Source: Octopus bimaculoides
Lineage: Eukaryota
Length of the DNA stretch: 64,000 nucleotides
Direction of reading: 5' to 3'
NCBI RefSeq assembly: GCF_001194135.2
Contig: NC_068981.1
Location: 33,294,375-33,358,374 of the forward strand
Position numbers and translations under genes: made by a program. Positions 26,299 to 39,999 of this stretch are shown here, one piece after another (the stretch's first letter is position 1; each line of letters starts with the position of its first letter). The notes under the pieces were generated by a model, which was not told the origin of the DNA, searched no databases, and was given only the letters and a program-made list of their open reading frames with translations.

Positions 26299-26897
26299 GA
26301 TTACAACAGCAGAATATTTACTGATGGGGTGATTCTATACAGAGAGAAAAATCAAATTATTGTAAAGATCAAGTTTCTGACTGAAAAACCCAACAGACAA
26401 AATTTGAAGTCCCAATCAAATTGATCTTCACTAGAAAACATATATACTTATATCATATTTAATGCCTGAACCATTTCTTTTTTTCATATTATTGAAGCTT
26501 CTACCCAGCATACTTTTGTAATTCTTCACCTTCAAACCTCCAAATACCCCTGTTCACATCTACCTTAGACATTATTTCCTTTTTATTAATATACACGAAT
26601 CATTAATTCTGCTCTTATAATCAAATTTGGTAGATTCAATATAATTGAAGTACTTACATCATAGCATTTACACACATATGCCTATAGATGTACCTACATA
26701 CATATTTTTTGTGTTATCTATATGTACATATATATATTGGTACATATGTGTATGCCTATGAGTATATATGTGTGTATGTATGTGCCCTTTTTTCTGATAT
26801 GTATGTTTATATGCATATTTATGTATCCATATCTGTTTATGTATATCAAATGGTTAAATAAACATATTCACCTCTCATACCTCCTGATTTTTATGGT

Positions 26898-26939
<42 letters not shown>

Positions 26940-27768
26940 ATTTTATTATATNNNNNNNNNNNNNNNNNNNNNNNNNNNNNNNNNNNNNNNNNNNNNNNNN
27001 NNNNNNNNNNNNNNNNNNNNNNNNNNNNNNNNNNNNNNNNNNNNNNNNNNNNNNNNNNNNNNNNNNNNNNNNNNNNNNNNNNNNNNNNNNNNNNNNNNNN
27101 NNNNNNNNNNNNNNNNNNNNNNNNNNNNNNNNNNNNNNNNNNNNNNNNNNNNNNNNNNNNNNNNNNNNNNNNNNNNNNNNNNNNNNNNNNNNNNNNNNNN
27201 NNNNNNNNNNNNNNNNNNNNNNNNNACACACACACACACACACACATACAGAGGACATAGTTCAAATTTTTATTTTAATCTAGTGAAATGGCAATTTTTT
27301 CCCAAATTTAAATTAATGCTTTCATTTTATTTTAATTTGCAATTTAAAATTCATAAACCTAAGATGCTGTGGTGGAGAAAATTTGGAAATGAAATTCAAA
27401 TGAAGGCTTAATTTTAAGAATATTGAAATTTCTATTAGCAAGTTTTTAAAATAAATTTCAGTTCAGTTTGAACATTAATCTCACTTTTTGTTACTTTTTA
27501 AAAACATTTTTTTTCAATCTAATTCTCTCTGCCTGTGTTTGTTCCATGATAACATTACAGTTTTATAAAATTTGAAATATCAAATTTAAAAGATCATTGA
27601 ACAGAAATTCCCATTTTTGATTGCAATATTATTCCAGAGAATATTCAGGCTATGATATTAAGCCCAACAGAAATAAATTTTCTCTGAGAAGCAAATCTAA
27701 GCAAAATGGACTTCATTTTTGCATTTGATTTGCAACATTCTTGATGTGAATTCATGTGTTGAAACAAA

Positions 27769-28055
27769 TTTTGTTGTGTCTTGGGACTGTCATTACACCA
27801 ATAATAATAACACACACACAGGTGCAATTCCACTTCTTTATTGTTAAACCTTGGGGCAAGAGGGAAAGTCACTGAGAAGGTCAAGAACAGCAACAAAAGA
27901 ACTTTGACTAACAAACAACCGATTAGTTGTTTAAACAAACAAACAAATTAGTTATTTGGTTAGATATTTACCCAATTGACTAACAATAAAGAAGTGGAGT
28001 TGAATTTGTGCATGTGCTATTATTGGCATAATGACTCTCCCAAGACACAACAAAA
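27769..28055. repeat. ~75-bp imperfect inverted repeat (MITE-like) near the exon donor at 28148
   Basis: Arms 27769-27846 and 27981-28055 are reverse complements. The spacer resembles 34261-34395. Confidence 0.8.
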
Positions 28056-28148
28056 CAAGCAAAATGTAATTTGTAAAGATGATTTAAGACATCATGAAAA
28101 ATGATAACAACCCATGTTGAAAGAGAATTGACATTATTAGTTACTCAC

Positions 28149-28285
28149 CTGTAAATGTTCTCGATTTAGAAGCAATAATTTCTGATTTTTGTTTCACTGT
28201 TACACAAAGGTGCATCATAACAATCATGGTTAAAATCATAATGATACTTTGGAATAATAATGGAAATTCATAAAATTTGCCAAAC
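28149..28285 (-). CDS. PQLC1: PQLC1 coding exon 2 (137 nt; not in ORF track)
   Basis: Manual translation (W)FGKFYEFPLLFQSIIMILTMIVMMHLCVTVKQKSEIIASKSRTFT, similar to PQLC1 [27 protein letters not shown]...RRSFT. Acceptor tttttaaAG| at 28287-28286 completes the split TG|G codon; donor G|GTGAGT at 28148 (phase 1). Confidence 0.95.
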
Positions 28286-30182
28286 CTTTAAAAATAAAAA
28301 GAGCAATAAAGAGAGAAACAGGAAATAAAATCAAAAACACATTAAATGGTAAAAATGAACAATAGCAAAGAAAAAATGTTATTTAACAATATATACAATC
28401 ATCATTATCATCATCATAAAATGTACACGCTGGCATAGGTTGAATTGTTTGATAGAATCCAATACGTCCAAGGACTGCATGAAACTCCAATGTCTGCTTT
28501 AACATGGTTTCTAAAGCTGGATGCACTTCCTAATGTCAACCACTTTACAGTACATATTGGGAGCTTCTGTTATGGCACTAGCATATATCCTCATCATCAT
28601 TATCATCATCAAAATGTTCAATTTTTCCATGCTTGCCTGGATCAAACAAAATTCACTCAGGTAAATTTTCTTCATTTAGATGCTCTTCCTGTCACCAACA
28701 ATCACCTACTTCAATGCAAGATAATATTTCCCCTAACCCTTTCAACTAGAACATAACAACTAGACATGTTTTCATGGGGAAATTGCAAATAAATGACATT
28801 GCTTCTGTGATGGTTTCATTTACATACAACTAGCGTGGGACATCAAGACAAGGTCATACACATACACACCGTAACAATATCTGTGGAAATTTCACAGCTG
28901 ATTTTGTGGCACAATGTCAGCTATAAATAATTCCCTGTTCAATAATCATATCATGTCATTTCTTTCATTATCTTTTGATTAATTTCTAGGAAATCTTTTC
29001 TATTCCCTTTAGTCATGTTTTCTCATATTAGTTTGTGCAAAATATTCTTGCCTACCATCATCGTTCATATTTTGCCTTCTTTCTTCATTAACATTTCCCA
29101 TTCTTTCCCTATCGTTTATCAAGATACCTTCTACCTCCATTTCTTGCATTAATTTCATTCATTTCCTTCTGGGTTAATGCTTCTTGTTCCCAATTCTCTT
29201 CTCTTTATTCCCTTACTCTCCCGTCCTCCTTTCCCCAATCTGTCCCTGCTTCTCTCATTCTAACTCTCACTGTCATACCCTGTGATCACTGTCTGCTGTA
29301 AAACACCAAACTCCATTTCAGTAATAAAATAATTTTAAAAGCATTTGATATTATATAGTTGGTAACACCCATATCCATTATAAACAGTTACATATCTTTT
29401 ACAACACAACACTCATTCACATTCATACAAATACCAATGGTATGTACACATATATACATAGCCACCACTCTCTCACACGAGGACCAAAGAATTTCACTTT
29501 TTTCCTCCTTTTCTTTTCTTTTTTCAACAGAACAATTTTGATAAAAAGTGGAGTAAGCAAATCCCTTCAACAGCTCACACAGTGAATTGTTTAAAGAGGC
29601 AATGCCTTGTATGGGTCCATTTACACTGTTTGGTACTGCTGATAGCAACAGTCAGTGCAAGTCTGCCATGAGACTGATGAACAGCAAGACCTCAAATGGA
29701 TGGCCACTGACTCTCATAAGTTCCTCTGCTTTTTCACAGGTATTCTTTTTCATCCCAAAGGGTGTCCAATAATCACCCCCTTCACTAAGAAAGCTTGGTA
29801 GGGTTGCAAGTTTAATTGCCAACAACCAAACTATGTGACAAGTTGGACTAGGGTTACATTTTACCAGTAGCACTTGAGAGTGACCTGACAAACAGACAGA
29901 CAGACATGCACACATACATACATATGCCACATAAAAAGCACTCTGTAAAATGGTTGCATTAGGAAGTACATCCAGCCGCAGAAGCAATGCCAAAGCAGAC
30001 AGAAGATCTTAGCACAGTCCTCTGGCTAGCCAGCCCCCGCCAAACCATCCAACCCAAAACAGATTGGAAAATAGACAATAGATCATGATATATATATATA
30101 TATATGCACACACACACACATATATATATATATTCACAAACACATCATCATCAGCATAACATGAGACAAAATAAACTTATTA

Positions 30183-30596
30183 CCATGTGGTAAGAAGTTT
30201 GCTTCCCAACCACACGGTTCCAAGTTCAGTCCCACAGCATGGTACCTTGGCAAGTGTCATCTACGATAGCTGCAGGACAATCAAAGCCTCGTGAGAGGAT
30301 TTGGAAGACAGAAACTGAAAGAAGTACATTGTATATATGAATTTATATATCTATCTGTGTGTGTGTGAATCTTTGTATCTGTGTTTGTCCCCCACTACTG
30401 CTTGACAACTGGTGTTGGTGTGTTTACATCCCCCGTAACTTAACAGTCGAGCAAAAAGAAACCGCTTCAATAAGTACCAGGCTTAAAAATATGAAAAAAA
30501 TGTACTGAGATCAATTCATTCAACTATAAGTTCTTCAAGGCAGTGCCCCAGTATGGCCAAAATCTAATGACTGAAACAAGCAAAAGATAAAAGATA
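30183..30596 (+). mobile_element. SINE family A, older copy
   Basis: Full-length diverged match. Confidence 0.8.
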
Positions 30597-30786
30597 CCAG
30601 CTAAGAGTAAAAAGGGGTTAAACACATAAACAGCATATCTCTCTTTTCCTTTAGACTCACCTACCTTCTAACCTTCCTATTTGTTGCTACAGACCATCAC
30701 TAAGTTTCATTAGACTTTACTGCTTCACCTTAAAGGCCACATCCAATCTTTTTCTTTTTTGAGAACTCATTATTTCAAGCTACACC

Positions 30787-30827
<41 letters not shown>

Positions 30828-31143
30828 CGTACTATATTTGGAACTATTTGACCATTTGCTAATTTACCTATTTAAGAATCAAATAATTATTTTAAAACTT
30901 GTGTTTGACATTTTACCAAGATTTTAAAATAGTCGCAGCCAACTAGTCAGAGGTTTTATGGTATGTATCCCTTCCTCCTTTGCTACATTGTGTCTCCTCT
31001 GGAAAACAGTTGTAGAAACAGTATGTTGTTATGTTTTTGATAGAAATGCAGTGAACCAGTGACTGACCCATTGGAAACCTACCATCAATGATGCTGTTGT
31101 TCACAAAATGCATGGTCAGAATATCTTTTCTAGGTGTAGGAGA

Positions 31144-31295
31144 GGCTATGTCATATGAAATTTGCTTCCCGACCACATGGTTTCAGGTTCAATTCCTCTG
31201 CATGGCACCTGGGGCAAGTGTCTTTTACTATAGCTTTGGACCAACCAAAACTTTGTGAATGGATATGGAAGGCAGAAACTGAAAGAAACCCATCG

Positions 31296-31335
<40 letters not shown>

Positions 31336-31527
31336 TGTTTGTCTCTCCACTGCATGAATAAACCAGTGCTGGTTTGTTAACATCCCCCCATAACTTAGTA
31401 GTTCAGTAATAGAGACCGATGGAATAAGTACCAAACTTAAAAAACAAATAATGGGGTTGATTTGTTCAAGGCGGTGCTTAAGCATGGCCACAGTCCAATG
31501 ACTGAAACAAGTAACTGATAAAAGATA
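31144..31527 (+). mobile_element. SINE family A, older copy
   Basis: Full-length diverged match. Confidence 0.8.
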
Positions 31528-32043
31528 TCTTCAGTTCAGAATTACTACAGGCATTTTTTTTCACTCTTGGACAGGTCACTTCTAAATCTCACCACCAAAC
31601 TTTCATGTAAATTTATATTCCAAACACCAGCTTAATAACGATTAAGTTATTTTAATAAAGTCATCATTATTTCCCAAATTAACAGAAACAAAGGTAGTAT
31701 TTTTCAATATAAATATGGCAACAAAAAATGTTAAAATTGTAGAGAAATTGGCTATCTTCAATTATGTTCAGTAACTTTGTAGAATTAGGACTCAAAAAAC
31801 TTCTTGGTGTATCAACAAGAGATCTTGAAAGTTTATCATTTTATCCAAGACTTCTTTTTATTATCTACTCACACTTGTTTCTAAGCAAGGTAGTATTTCC
31901 CCATGACCAGTCATGTTCTCCCAGAAGATTAGAAATGAAGGGCACTGCTTGTATGACAACTATCATACAATGTCAAGATTAAGAGGATAGTAATGCATGC
32001 ATCCATCCATCCATCCATCCATCCATCCATACATACATATATG

Positions 32044-32800
32044 TGTAGGCTATGTCATGTTTCTGTGGAAGACATTATGCATGTGATTAGCAGCTGTCCT
32101 AAAATGTCGTCATGGTACTACCTNNNNNNNNNNTTCTGTGGAAGACATTATGCATGTGATTAGCAGCTGTCCTAAAATGTCGTCATGGTACTACCTCCCT
32201 ATGTGGCATGATGTTGTTGCTAAAACAATTTACAATGTCATCCACAAAAAAGACTGTCCTGAAATAAACTTTAAAAATCTTTTTGTTATGGAATACATTC
32301 ATAAACACCAACTCAAGAAATAGTGGTGGAATTTTTCCATCAAAACTTCTGTCAAATGTAAATATAACAGGCTGGATATTGTTGTTTGGGACAGAGGAGT
32401 AAAGATATGTACCGTCATAGATGTCAGCTACCTTGCAGATATGAATATCTCGTTGAAAATCAAAGAAAGAGAGGATATCTATGGACAACTGCTTCAAAGC
32501 CTCCAGTTTTTATATCCAGACTATGAATTCATATTCATGCCAATAATAACTGGAGCACTAGGTTTTGTTAGTAAATGCTTAAAGGAGAATCTGGATAAAC
32601 TGGGATCTTCAGAAAGAGAAATTGACCAGCTGGTTTGTACATTACAGTGAGTGGAACAGTAAAAATATAAGACTTTTCTCAAGTTCCAAGTGTGAATTTG
32701 TCTGTGTTAACTACATCCTAATGATGGAGCCTTGTATCTTTGTTGGAAACCAGCTCCCTCTTCAGTGGAAGATTTATAATAATTTAAAAACAGAAGAGAT
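32044..32800 (+). mobile_element. 5'-truncated RLE-encoding non-LTR retrotransposon (R2/R4/NeSL-like), 3' fragment
   Basis: Begins with a CX2CX8HX4C finger CRLCHVSVEDIMHVISSC, then WHDVVAKTIY, a decayed RLE motif (YNRLDIVVWDR...VIDVS...NISLKIKERE) and PIITGALG. The 3' UTR ends in (ATAC)n. It contains a 10-N gap with a duplicated overlap. Confidence 0.85.
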
Positions 32801-32817
32801 ATACATACATACATACA

Positions 32818-32850
<33 letters not shown>

Positions 32851-33189
32851 GCATACATATATGCACTGGCCTTCTTTAAGTTTACATCAACCAAATTCAC
32901 TCACAAGACTTTGGTGGGCCTGAAACTATAGCAGAAAACACTTGTCCAAGGTGCTCTGAAGTAGGACTGAATCTGAAACCACGTAGTGGGAAACATGTAG
33001 CTGGTTAGAATACATTTCATAATAGGCTTTATTGGGTCCTTGCAACAGTGCCTACTCAGATTATGAATGCCCTTTCCATCAAGATCAACAAAAAAATATA
33101 AATGTTTTATCCATCCATCCACAAATCCTGGAAGTGTCATCAGAGTAGAGTCCCCATGTACCTCCTGCATAGAGTCTTATCAGAAGCAA

Positions 33190-33420
33190 CTGTTCTTTGA
33201 CTTTTTGGAGTGGATTCCTAAGTGACCAACTGAAACTATGATATTATCCAATCATTTTGTTCTTGATATACTCTTAGGTCTCCTGCCAGTTAGCTCAGTT
33301 TGAAGAATTCAATTTGCAAGTCTTTCCTGTGACATTTTAATCACATGTCCATATTGTTGGAGCTGTAACCTCTCAATGTGGAAAATCAGTGGCTCGCCCT
33401 GATCTCACTGATCTCCAAGC
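33190..33420 (-). mobile_element. Decayed RTE relic
   Basis: Minus-strand translation IERLQLQQYGHVIKMSQERLAN*ILQTELTGRRPKSISRTK*LDNI resembles RTE QLRWFGHV.RM..ER...GKRPRGRPR.RW.D.I. Confidence 0.6.
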
Positions 33421-33661
33421 TTTACATGAATGAAATATCAAATAGTTTAAAACTTACTAACATTGCCAATAAATAATTTACACAACCTAAGAATTATGAG
33501 ATTTCATAAATAAATTATGAAAATATTAGAGCAAAAATAAAAAATAAAAATATGTTAAAATAATTTGTAAATAATGAAACTTGAAACACTTTATATCTCA
33601 GCAATTTGAAACTAAGACTAATTAACATGATTTTATTGAGTAGTTTAAAAAGGAAAACTTA

Positions 33662-33895
<234 letters not shown>

Positions 33896-34420
33896 CTATA
33901 AAAGGAAGAATACAGAAGAAAGAAAAATAAGTAAATGATGATAATTATCTTTATCAAATATTTTGCTTTTAAATGTGGTTTACAAGAATCACAAAATCTA
34001 CACCATATACGTACACAAATACATGTGCATACATACACATACACATGTTCACTCTAATGTGCTTACTCACAGAATCCACTATGCCACAAACATGCATCTA
34101 TTCACACAGACACAGACACACAAAAACACACACACACATATATTCTCTCTCTCTCTCTCCATCTCACATATATCCTCACTTACATACACATAACACTATA
34201 AATACAGGAACTGCAAACTAAGAGACAGACAAACAGACAGATCTGAAACTGACCCAGAATAGAGAGGGTATGTCATTGATGAGGTTGCAAATGGCAACAA
34301 AAGAACTTTGAGAAAACTGATTGATAAACCAAAAGATTGCTCAAACAATCAATTAGCTAATTGGTAATACGGTTAACCAATTGACAGATAAAAATAATGA
34401 AATGAAATAGAACCAGTGCA

Positions 34421-35004
34421 TGTGTGAAGAAGTGTCACACCCTAACAGTGGAAGGAACCTGTGGAAGAGGTAGACCCAGGAAAACATGGGATGAGGTGGT
34501 GAAGCACACCCTTCAAACGTTGGGCCTTACAGAGGTAATGACAAGAGACCAAGACCTTTGGAGACATGCTGTGATTGAGAAGACCCAGCAAGTAAAGTGA
34601 GATCGCAACCATGGCTGATACCAGTATTGTATAACCAGCCCATTTAAAAGTATCCTTGGATCATTGGGCGATATGCTGTGCTTGAGAAGAACTGTTGAGT
34701 CAAGTGAAATTGGAGTCGTAGCCAATGCCGGTGCTGCCCGACTGGCACCCGTGCTGGTGGCATGAAAAAAGCACCATTCAAATGTAGTCAATGCCAGTGC
34801 CTCCTGACTGGCTCCTGTACTGGTGGCACGTAAAAAGCACCCACTACACTCTCGGAGTGGTTGGTGTTAGGAAGGGCATTCAGCTGTAGAAACCTTGCCA
34901 GATGAGATTGGATCCTGGTGCAGCCTACTGGCTGCAGTCAAACCGTCCAACCCATGCCAGCATGGAAAACAGACATTAAACGATGATGATGATGATGATG
35001 ATGA
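34421..35004 (+). mobile_element. RTE-clade LINE 3' end
   Basis: 34421-34600 reads CVKKCHTLTVEGTCGRGRPRKTWDEVVKHTLQTLGLTEVMTRDQDLWRHAVIEKTQQVK*, a typical RTE ORF C-terminus (GRGRPRKTW). The 3' UTR ends CCCATGCCAGCATGGAAAACAGACATTAAAC(GAT)n. Confidence 0.85.
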
Positions 35005-35041
35005 CCCTCCTGAGATACAAAATCTTCATAAAACATTTTAA

Positions 35042-35263
35042 CCCTTTAGCATTCATATTATTCTGTCCAATGTAATGCCTATTTATGCACTGTTTTAAAT
35101 TCATCATGCACTATTTCATAGCTTTGAAATTTCAATGATGTGATTGTTTATTTTTAAAATGACACTGTTGGGTAGGTGTGAGAGGCCAGATCTGGCCAGT
35201 TTAAACATAAAACATGTAGGTAGAATATTTGGATCAGACGTGGCTAGTTTAACTGCTAAATGG
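35042..35263. mobile_element. piggyBac-like MITE (second copy, inverted relative to 11306)
   Basis: TTAA|CCCTTTAGCATT ... ACTGCTAAATGG|TTAA; the internal sequence is the reverse complement of the 11306 copy. Confidence 0.85.
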
Positions 35264-35744
35264 TTAAACTAATTGACGTTTTACAGTACACAAGAGACAC
35301 ACATTCCTAACTGGTGCCTTGCAGCCCACAAACACTCACATTACCAACTTGTGCCTTGCAGTACATAAGACACACTCATTACATTGCTAACTATGTTTGA
35401 AACCACAGAAAAATGTGTGACTATAGTAGTTAAAACAATATTGTCATGTTTAGTCAACAACACAATTGAAATATTTTAAAAGTACTTGTATTGACTTTCT
35501 TTTATAATTCATGTCAACTGAAATTTGTTCCGTGACATTAAGCACATATAAATATGAAATATTGTTTAATAAAAATTATCTGATGCCAACCAGTGAGAAC
35601 ACTTGAAAAAAAATCTTTATTCTCAGTTCAAAACAACCTGGTCAGCATTTGTAAGCATAAGACAAGGAGTAGTGTTAATGTTTTAAAAATAATCTTTCAT
35701 CTTTGCATCAAGTTGTTCAATATGTTGTGAAGGATGGACAGAAA

Positions 35745-35777
<33 letters not shown>

Positions 35778-35789
35778 CGTGTGTGTTTA

Positions 35790-35934
35790 AGAAGCTTGCT
35801 TCCCAACTATGTTGCCTTGGGTTCAGTCCCACTGCATAGCACCTTCAGTGAGTGTCTTCTACTATAGCCCCAGGTCAACCAAAGCCTAATGAGTGAATCT
35901 GGTCGAAGGAAACTGAAAGAAGCCTGTTCATGTA

Positions 35935-35966
<32 letters not shown>

Positions 35967-36131
35967 TGTGTTTGTGTGTGTGTGTACTCTTTTTTCGACA
36001 TCGTGTGATGGTTGTAAATGAGTATTATCATCAAACAAGCAAGGTTGTTCATTTTCAGTCTTCCATGAATATCCGTGCTAACAAATTCTCTTTGACCCAT
36101 GCAAGCATGAAAAAGTGAACATCAAATGGCA

Positions 36132-36165
<34 letters not shown>
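35790..36165 (+). mobile_element. Chimeric SINE: family A head with RTE-type tail
   Basis: Family A head to GAAGCC, (TG)n, then GACATCGTGTGATGGTTGTAAATGAG..., ending CCCATGCAAGCATGAAAAAGTG...(GAT)n. A reverse copy lies at about 62930-63350. Confidence 0.7.
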
Positions 36166-37120
36166 GCCATGGAACAACATTCTGATTAACATTTCTAAAG
36201 TTATTTATCAATAATAAAACCAGGATAAATAAGAAAACAGAACTGTTTCTGACAGAAGTGGGTTATCACACAACAAAACATTACACAAGAACCAGCCATA
36301 AATTTCAAAGTTTACTCCACTAAAAACAATTACAAGAAAGAGTATCTTTTCTAAATCTGTCATATAATGAAGAGAACAAGTTGAATGGGGTTTCTTTTAT
36401 CTCTTTCTTTTCTTTTCCATATGCTTGTGAATTTCTGCATAAATTAGAGACACATACATACACACATATACATTTACACCCGTAAGATATCAACCAACCT
36501 GAACCTATGGCAGAAGAAACTTGCCTAAGAATGGCAATGTAAGATTGCTCCCAGAACCACATGGTTTTGAAGTGAACCTTTTAGCTACACAGTTATACTT
36601 GTGCCCATGTATCTATGTATGTACTATGTATAAATATATTATTTTTACTTTATAAAGAAGAAAGTTAAAATATTAAAACTTGTTCTTATCACCTTTACAA
36701 GACAGTAACCATTTTGTTACCATATTTCTGATGAAATACTCTCCTTTCTATTCAATTAATTTTAAAAATGATAAAAAATTTTAGCAAAATAACTCCATCA
36801 TATTAAGCTGGTGTTTAGAATATAAATTGATATCAAATCATGTTTTAATCAAGATCGTATTAAAACAATAAGTTTGTATTGTAGAGCCAAGGGTAGACTC
36901 AGGTGAACTGGTATCAAAAAGTTTAAAGAAAATATGCAAAATTACTTGAATAGGTAAAATGAGCTAAAATAATAACAGCTGTTGTTACATCCAATGATTG
37001 TGTGTATAATTATAATGGACCTAATAAATGTGGTGTTGAAAATACAATATATTTCAGTTTCCATTTATGAGAATAATCAAATTTCTCTTCAACAGAATAA
37101 CAAAATATATTATACCTTTT

Positions 37121-37504
37121 CATCTTTTACCTATTTCAGTCACTGGACTGCTAACATGCTGGGGCAATACTATGAAAGTTTTAGTCAAACAAACTGACCC
37201 CAGTACATACTGTTTTACATCTGGTATTTATTCTATCAGTGAACCACTAAGTTACATGAATGTAAACAAACCAGCACCAGTTATCAAGTGGTGAAGGTGG
37301 AAGACTATCACATATGCACACACACACACACACACACACTCATGAATGGTTTCCACACAGTTTCAATTTGCCATATTAACTCACAAGGCATTGGTCAGCA
37401 GCCTGAGGCTATAGTCGAAGACACTTGCCCAAGGTACCAAATAGTGGAATTGAACCTGAAACTACATGACTGCAAAGTGAGCTTGTTAACTACACAGCTA
37501 TGCC
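37121..37504 (-). mobile_element. SINE family A, older copy
   Basis: Diverged reverse-complement match. Confidence 0.7.
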
Positions 37505-38468
37505 ATATTCATCAACTCAACACATGTTGACAGCTGCAAGAAAATCATGTGCCAGGAGTAAATTCCAGAAAGCAGACAGATGTTCTAGAGGGAAAGGATT
37601 CAACAGAATGGTAAGTATGGGAACTCCTGAAGAGTATATAATATAGGTGAATCTTCTTTGAAAATACGGTAGTAGAAATGGTTAAAGGCTTCTAGTAAGG
37701 AATGGAATGGATAACATTGTTAGAAAATAAATTTTTCTATGAGAAACATTAACATTTTCTGAATCTAAGAAAATTAAATAACAATAAAATATTGATTTTC
37801 TTTTTATCATGGTTATATAGATCAAAGAAAAGTCTACTATTATATCATTAGAATTCTTATAAGGTTCTTTTGTTCCCAATAATAGATTTTTTTAAATTTT
37901 AAACTGAAAAAGATTTTTTTTTTAATTACAAAATATAAAGAAGAGAAAAAGTTATAGAAATAATTTCTTTTTATAATGAAAACTTGATAAAAGGAGATTA
38001 TGAACATAATTTAATGTGTAATTTTCCTTCCAACATTTATAAAAAAAAAACGCAACCCTCTGAAATATCAAAACGTTATATTTATATTTAATGCAGAAAT
38101 AAATCGACCTTATACATTTTCTCCATTATTCTTGAGGTAGACTTTTGAAACAATAGCATCATTGGTTTATAAGCTTTCAGCTGGTCAATCACTGGTTCAT
38201 TACATTTCTGATGGAAAGAGTGACAAGGAATGTTAAGCTTAATGCAAGTGTCTTAGTCTGTAAAGCACCATTTTTATGCTGGTCACTTTCTCACCCTTTC
38301 TCTCTCACTGTATACATGCATATATGTGTATACATATACACACAGCCATATATACACACATAAAGTGACAGAAAGAGGAAAAACAATCTGAGGAGACTGG
38401 TGGTGGTCTGTGTTGCAGGCCTCCACCTGTTACCTTGGATTATATTATATATATATATATATATATAT

Positions 38469-38683
38469 TTACTCTTTTACTCTCTTTTACTTGTTTCAGT
38501 CATTTGACTGCGGCCATGCTGGAGCACCGCCTTTGGTCGAGCAAATCGACCCCAGGACTTATTCTTTGTAAGGCTAGTACTTATTCTATCGGTCTCTTTT
38601 TGCCGAACCGTTAAGTTACAGGGACGTAAACACACCAGCATCGGTTGTCAAGCGATGGTGGGGGGACAAATACAGACACACAA

Positions 38684-38727
<44 letters not shown>

Positions 38728-38885
38728 GACGGGCTTTTTTCAGTTTCCGTCTACCAAATCCACTCACAAGGCTTTGGTCGGCCCGAGGCTATAGTAGAAG
38801 ACACTTGCCCAAGGTGCCACGCAGTGGGACTGAACCCGGAACCATGTGGTTGGTAAGCAAGCTACTTACCACACAGCCACTCCTG
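38469..38885 (-). mobile_element. SINE family A, young copy
   Basis: Reverse complement of the 56049 copy with CpGs retained. Confidence 0.9.
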
Positions 38886-39999
38886 ATATATATATATATA
38901 TATTTGTCTGAAAATACATACTCCTTGTATGAAACCCAATCGGTACATTGGCTTTTATGAGAATAACATGTGCCAGGAGTAAATGTCAGGCAGCATTTAT
39001 GATAAAAGCAATCCTTCCCACTATAGGCACAAGACCAGAAATTTTGTGGGAAAGAGCTAGTCAATTACATCATCCCTAAGTATTTAATTGGTATTTATTT
39101 TAATGACCCTAAAATAATGAAAGGCATAGTTGACCTTGACAAAATTTGAACTCACAATCCAAAGACAGATGAAATGCTGCTTAGCATTCTGTCTGGTGTG
39201 GTAACCATTCTGCAATAATAATAATAATAATAAAATACTGCTAAGCATTTCGCCTGGCATGTTAATTATTCTGCCAGCTCACTGCCTTAGTAGAAATAAT
39301 AATAATGTGTGTGTGCGTGTGTGTATTTACTTACACACACACACACACACACACATGTACAGAGGTGCATGGCTTAATGGTTAGGGTGTTGGACTCATGA
39401 TCGTAAGATTGTGGTTTTGATTCTTGGACCGGCTGATGCACTGTGTTCTCCAGCAAAACACTTCATTTCATATTACTCCAATCCACTCAACAGATAAAAA
39501 TGAATAATCCTGCCATGGACCAGCATTCCATCCAGGAAGAAATAATACACCAGAGAAACTGGAAATCTGCCCCTATGCTACTTACAGAGTAATGTGGACT
39601 AACCTAAACACACACACACATGTATGCACATACATGTATACACACACAAATACACTTGTTCACACACATGGCTGGCTGCCACATGGCTCCTAAAACAAAT
39701 TCCACTCAAAAGATATTGAATAAACCAAGGCTATACTAAAATATACTTTCTCAAGGCATCACAGAATAGAATGAATCCTCAAACAAGGTAGTAGCAAAAT
39801 AAACTACTTAACCACAAAGCTATACAATACACAATTAGTGACATTATACTCAAAAATAAAATATTGAAGTTCAAGAAGCCACAGCTACAACCTGCTTTAA
39901 TTCTTTCTCAGAGTCTTTTAAATTTACTTACAATGTTAATGGAATAAACACTGCAAATATCATTTCAAAATCTGAAGTAATACGTTTAAGTAAACTGGA

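Noticed and set aside
32057-32200. Direct duplication of about 63 bp around the 10-N gap (similar case at 47845-47931)
   Set aside because: Identical sequence on both sides of a nominal 10-N gap indicates an unmerged contig overlap, not biology.
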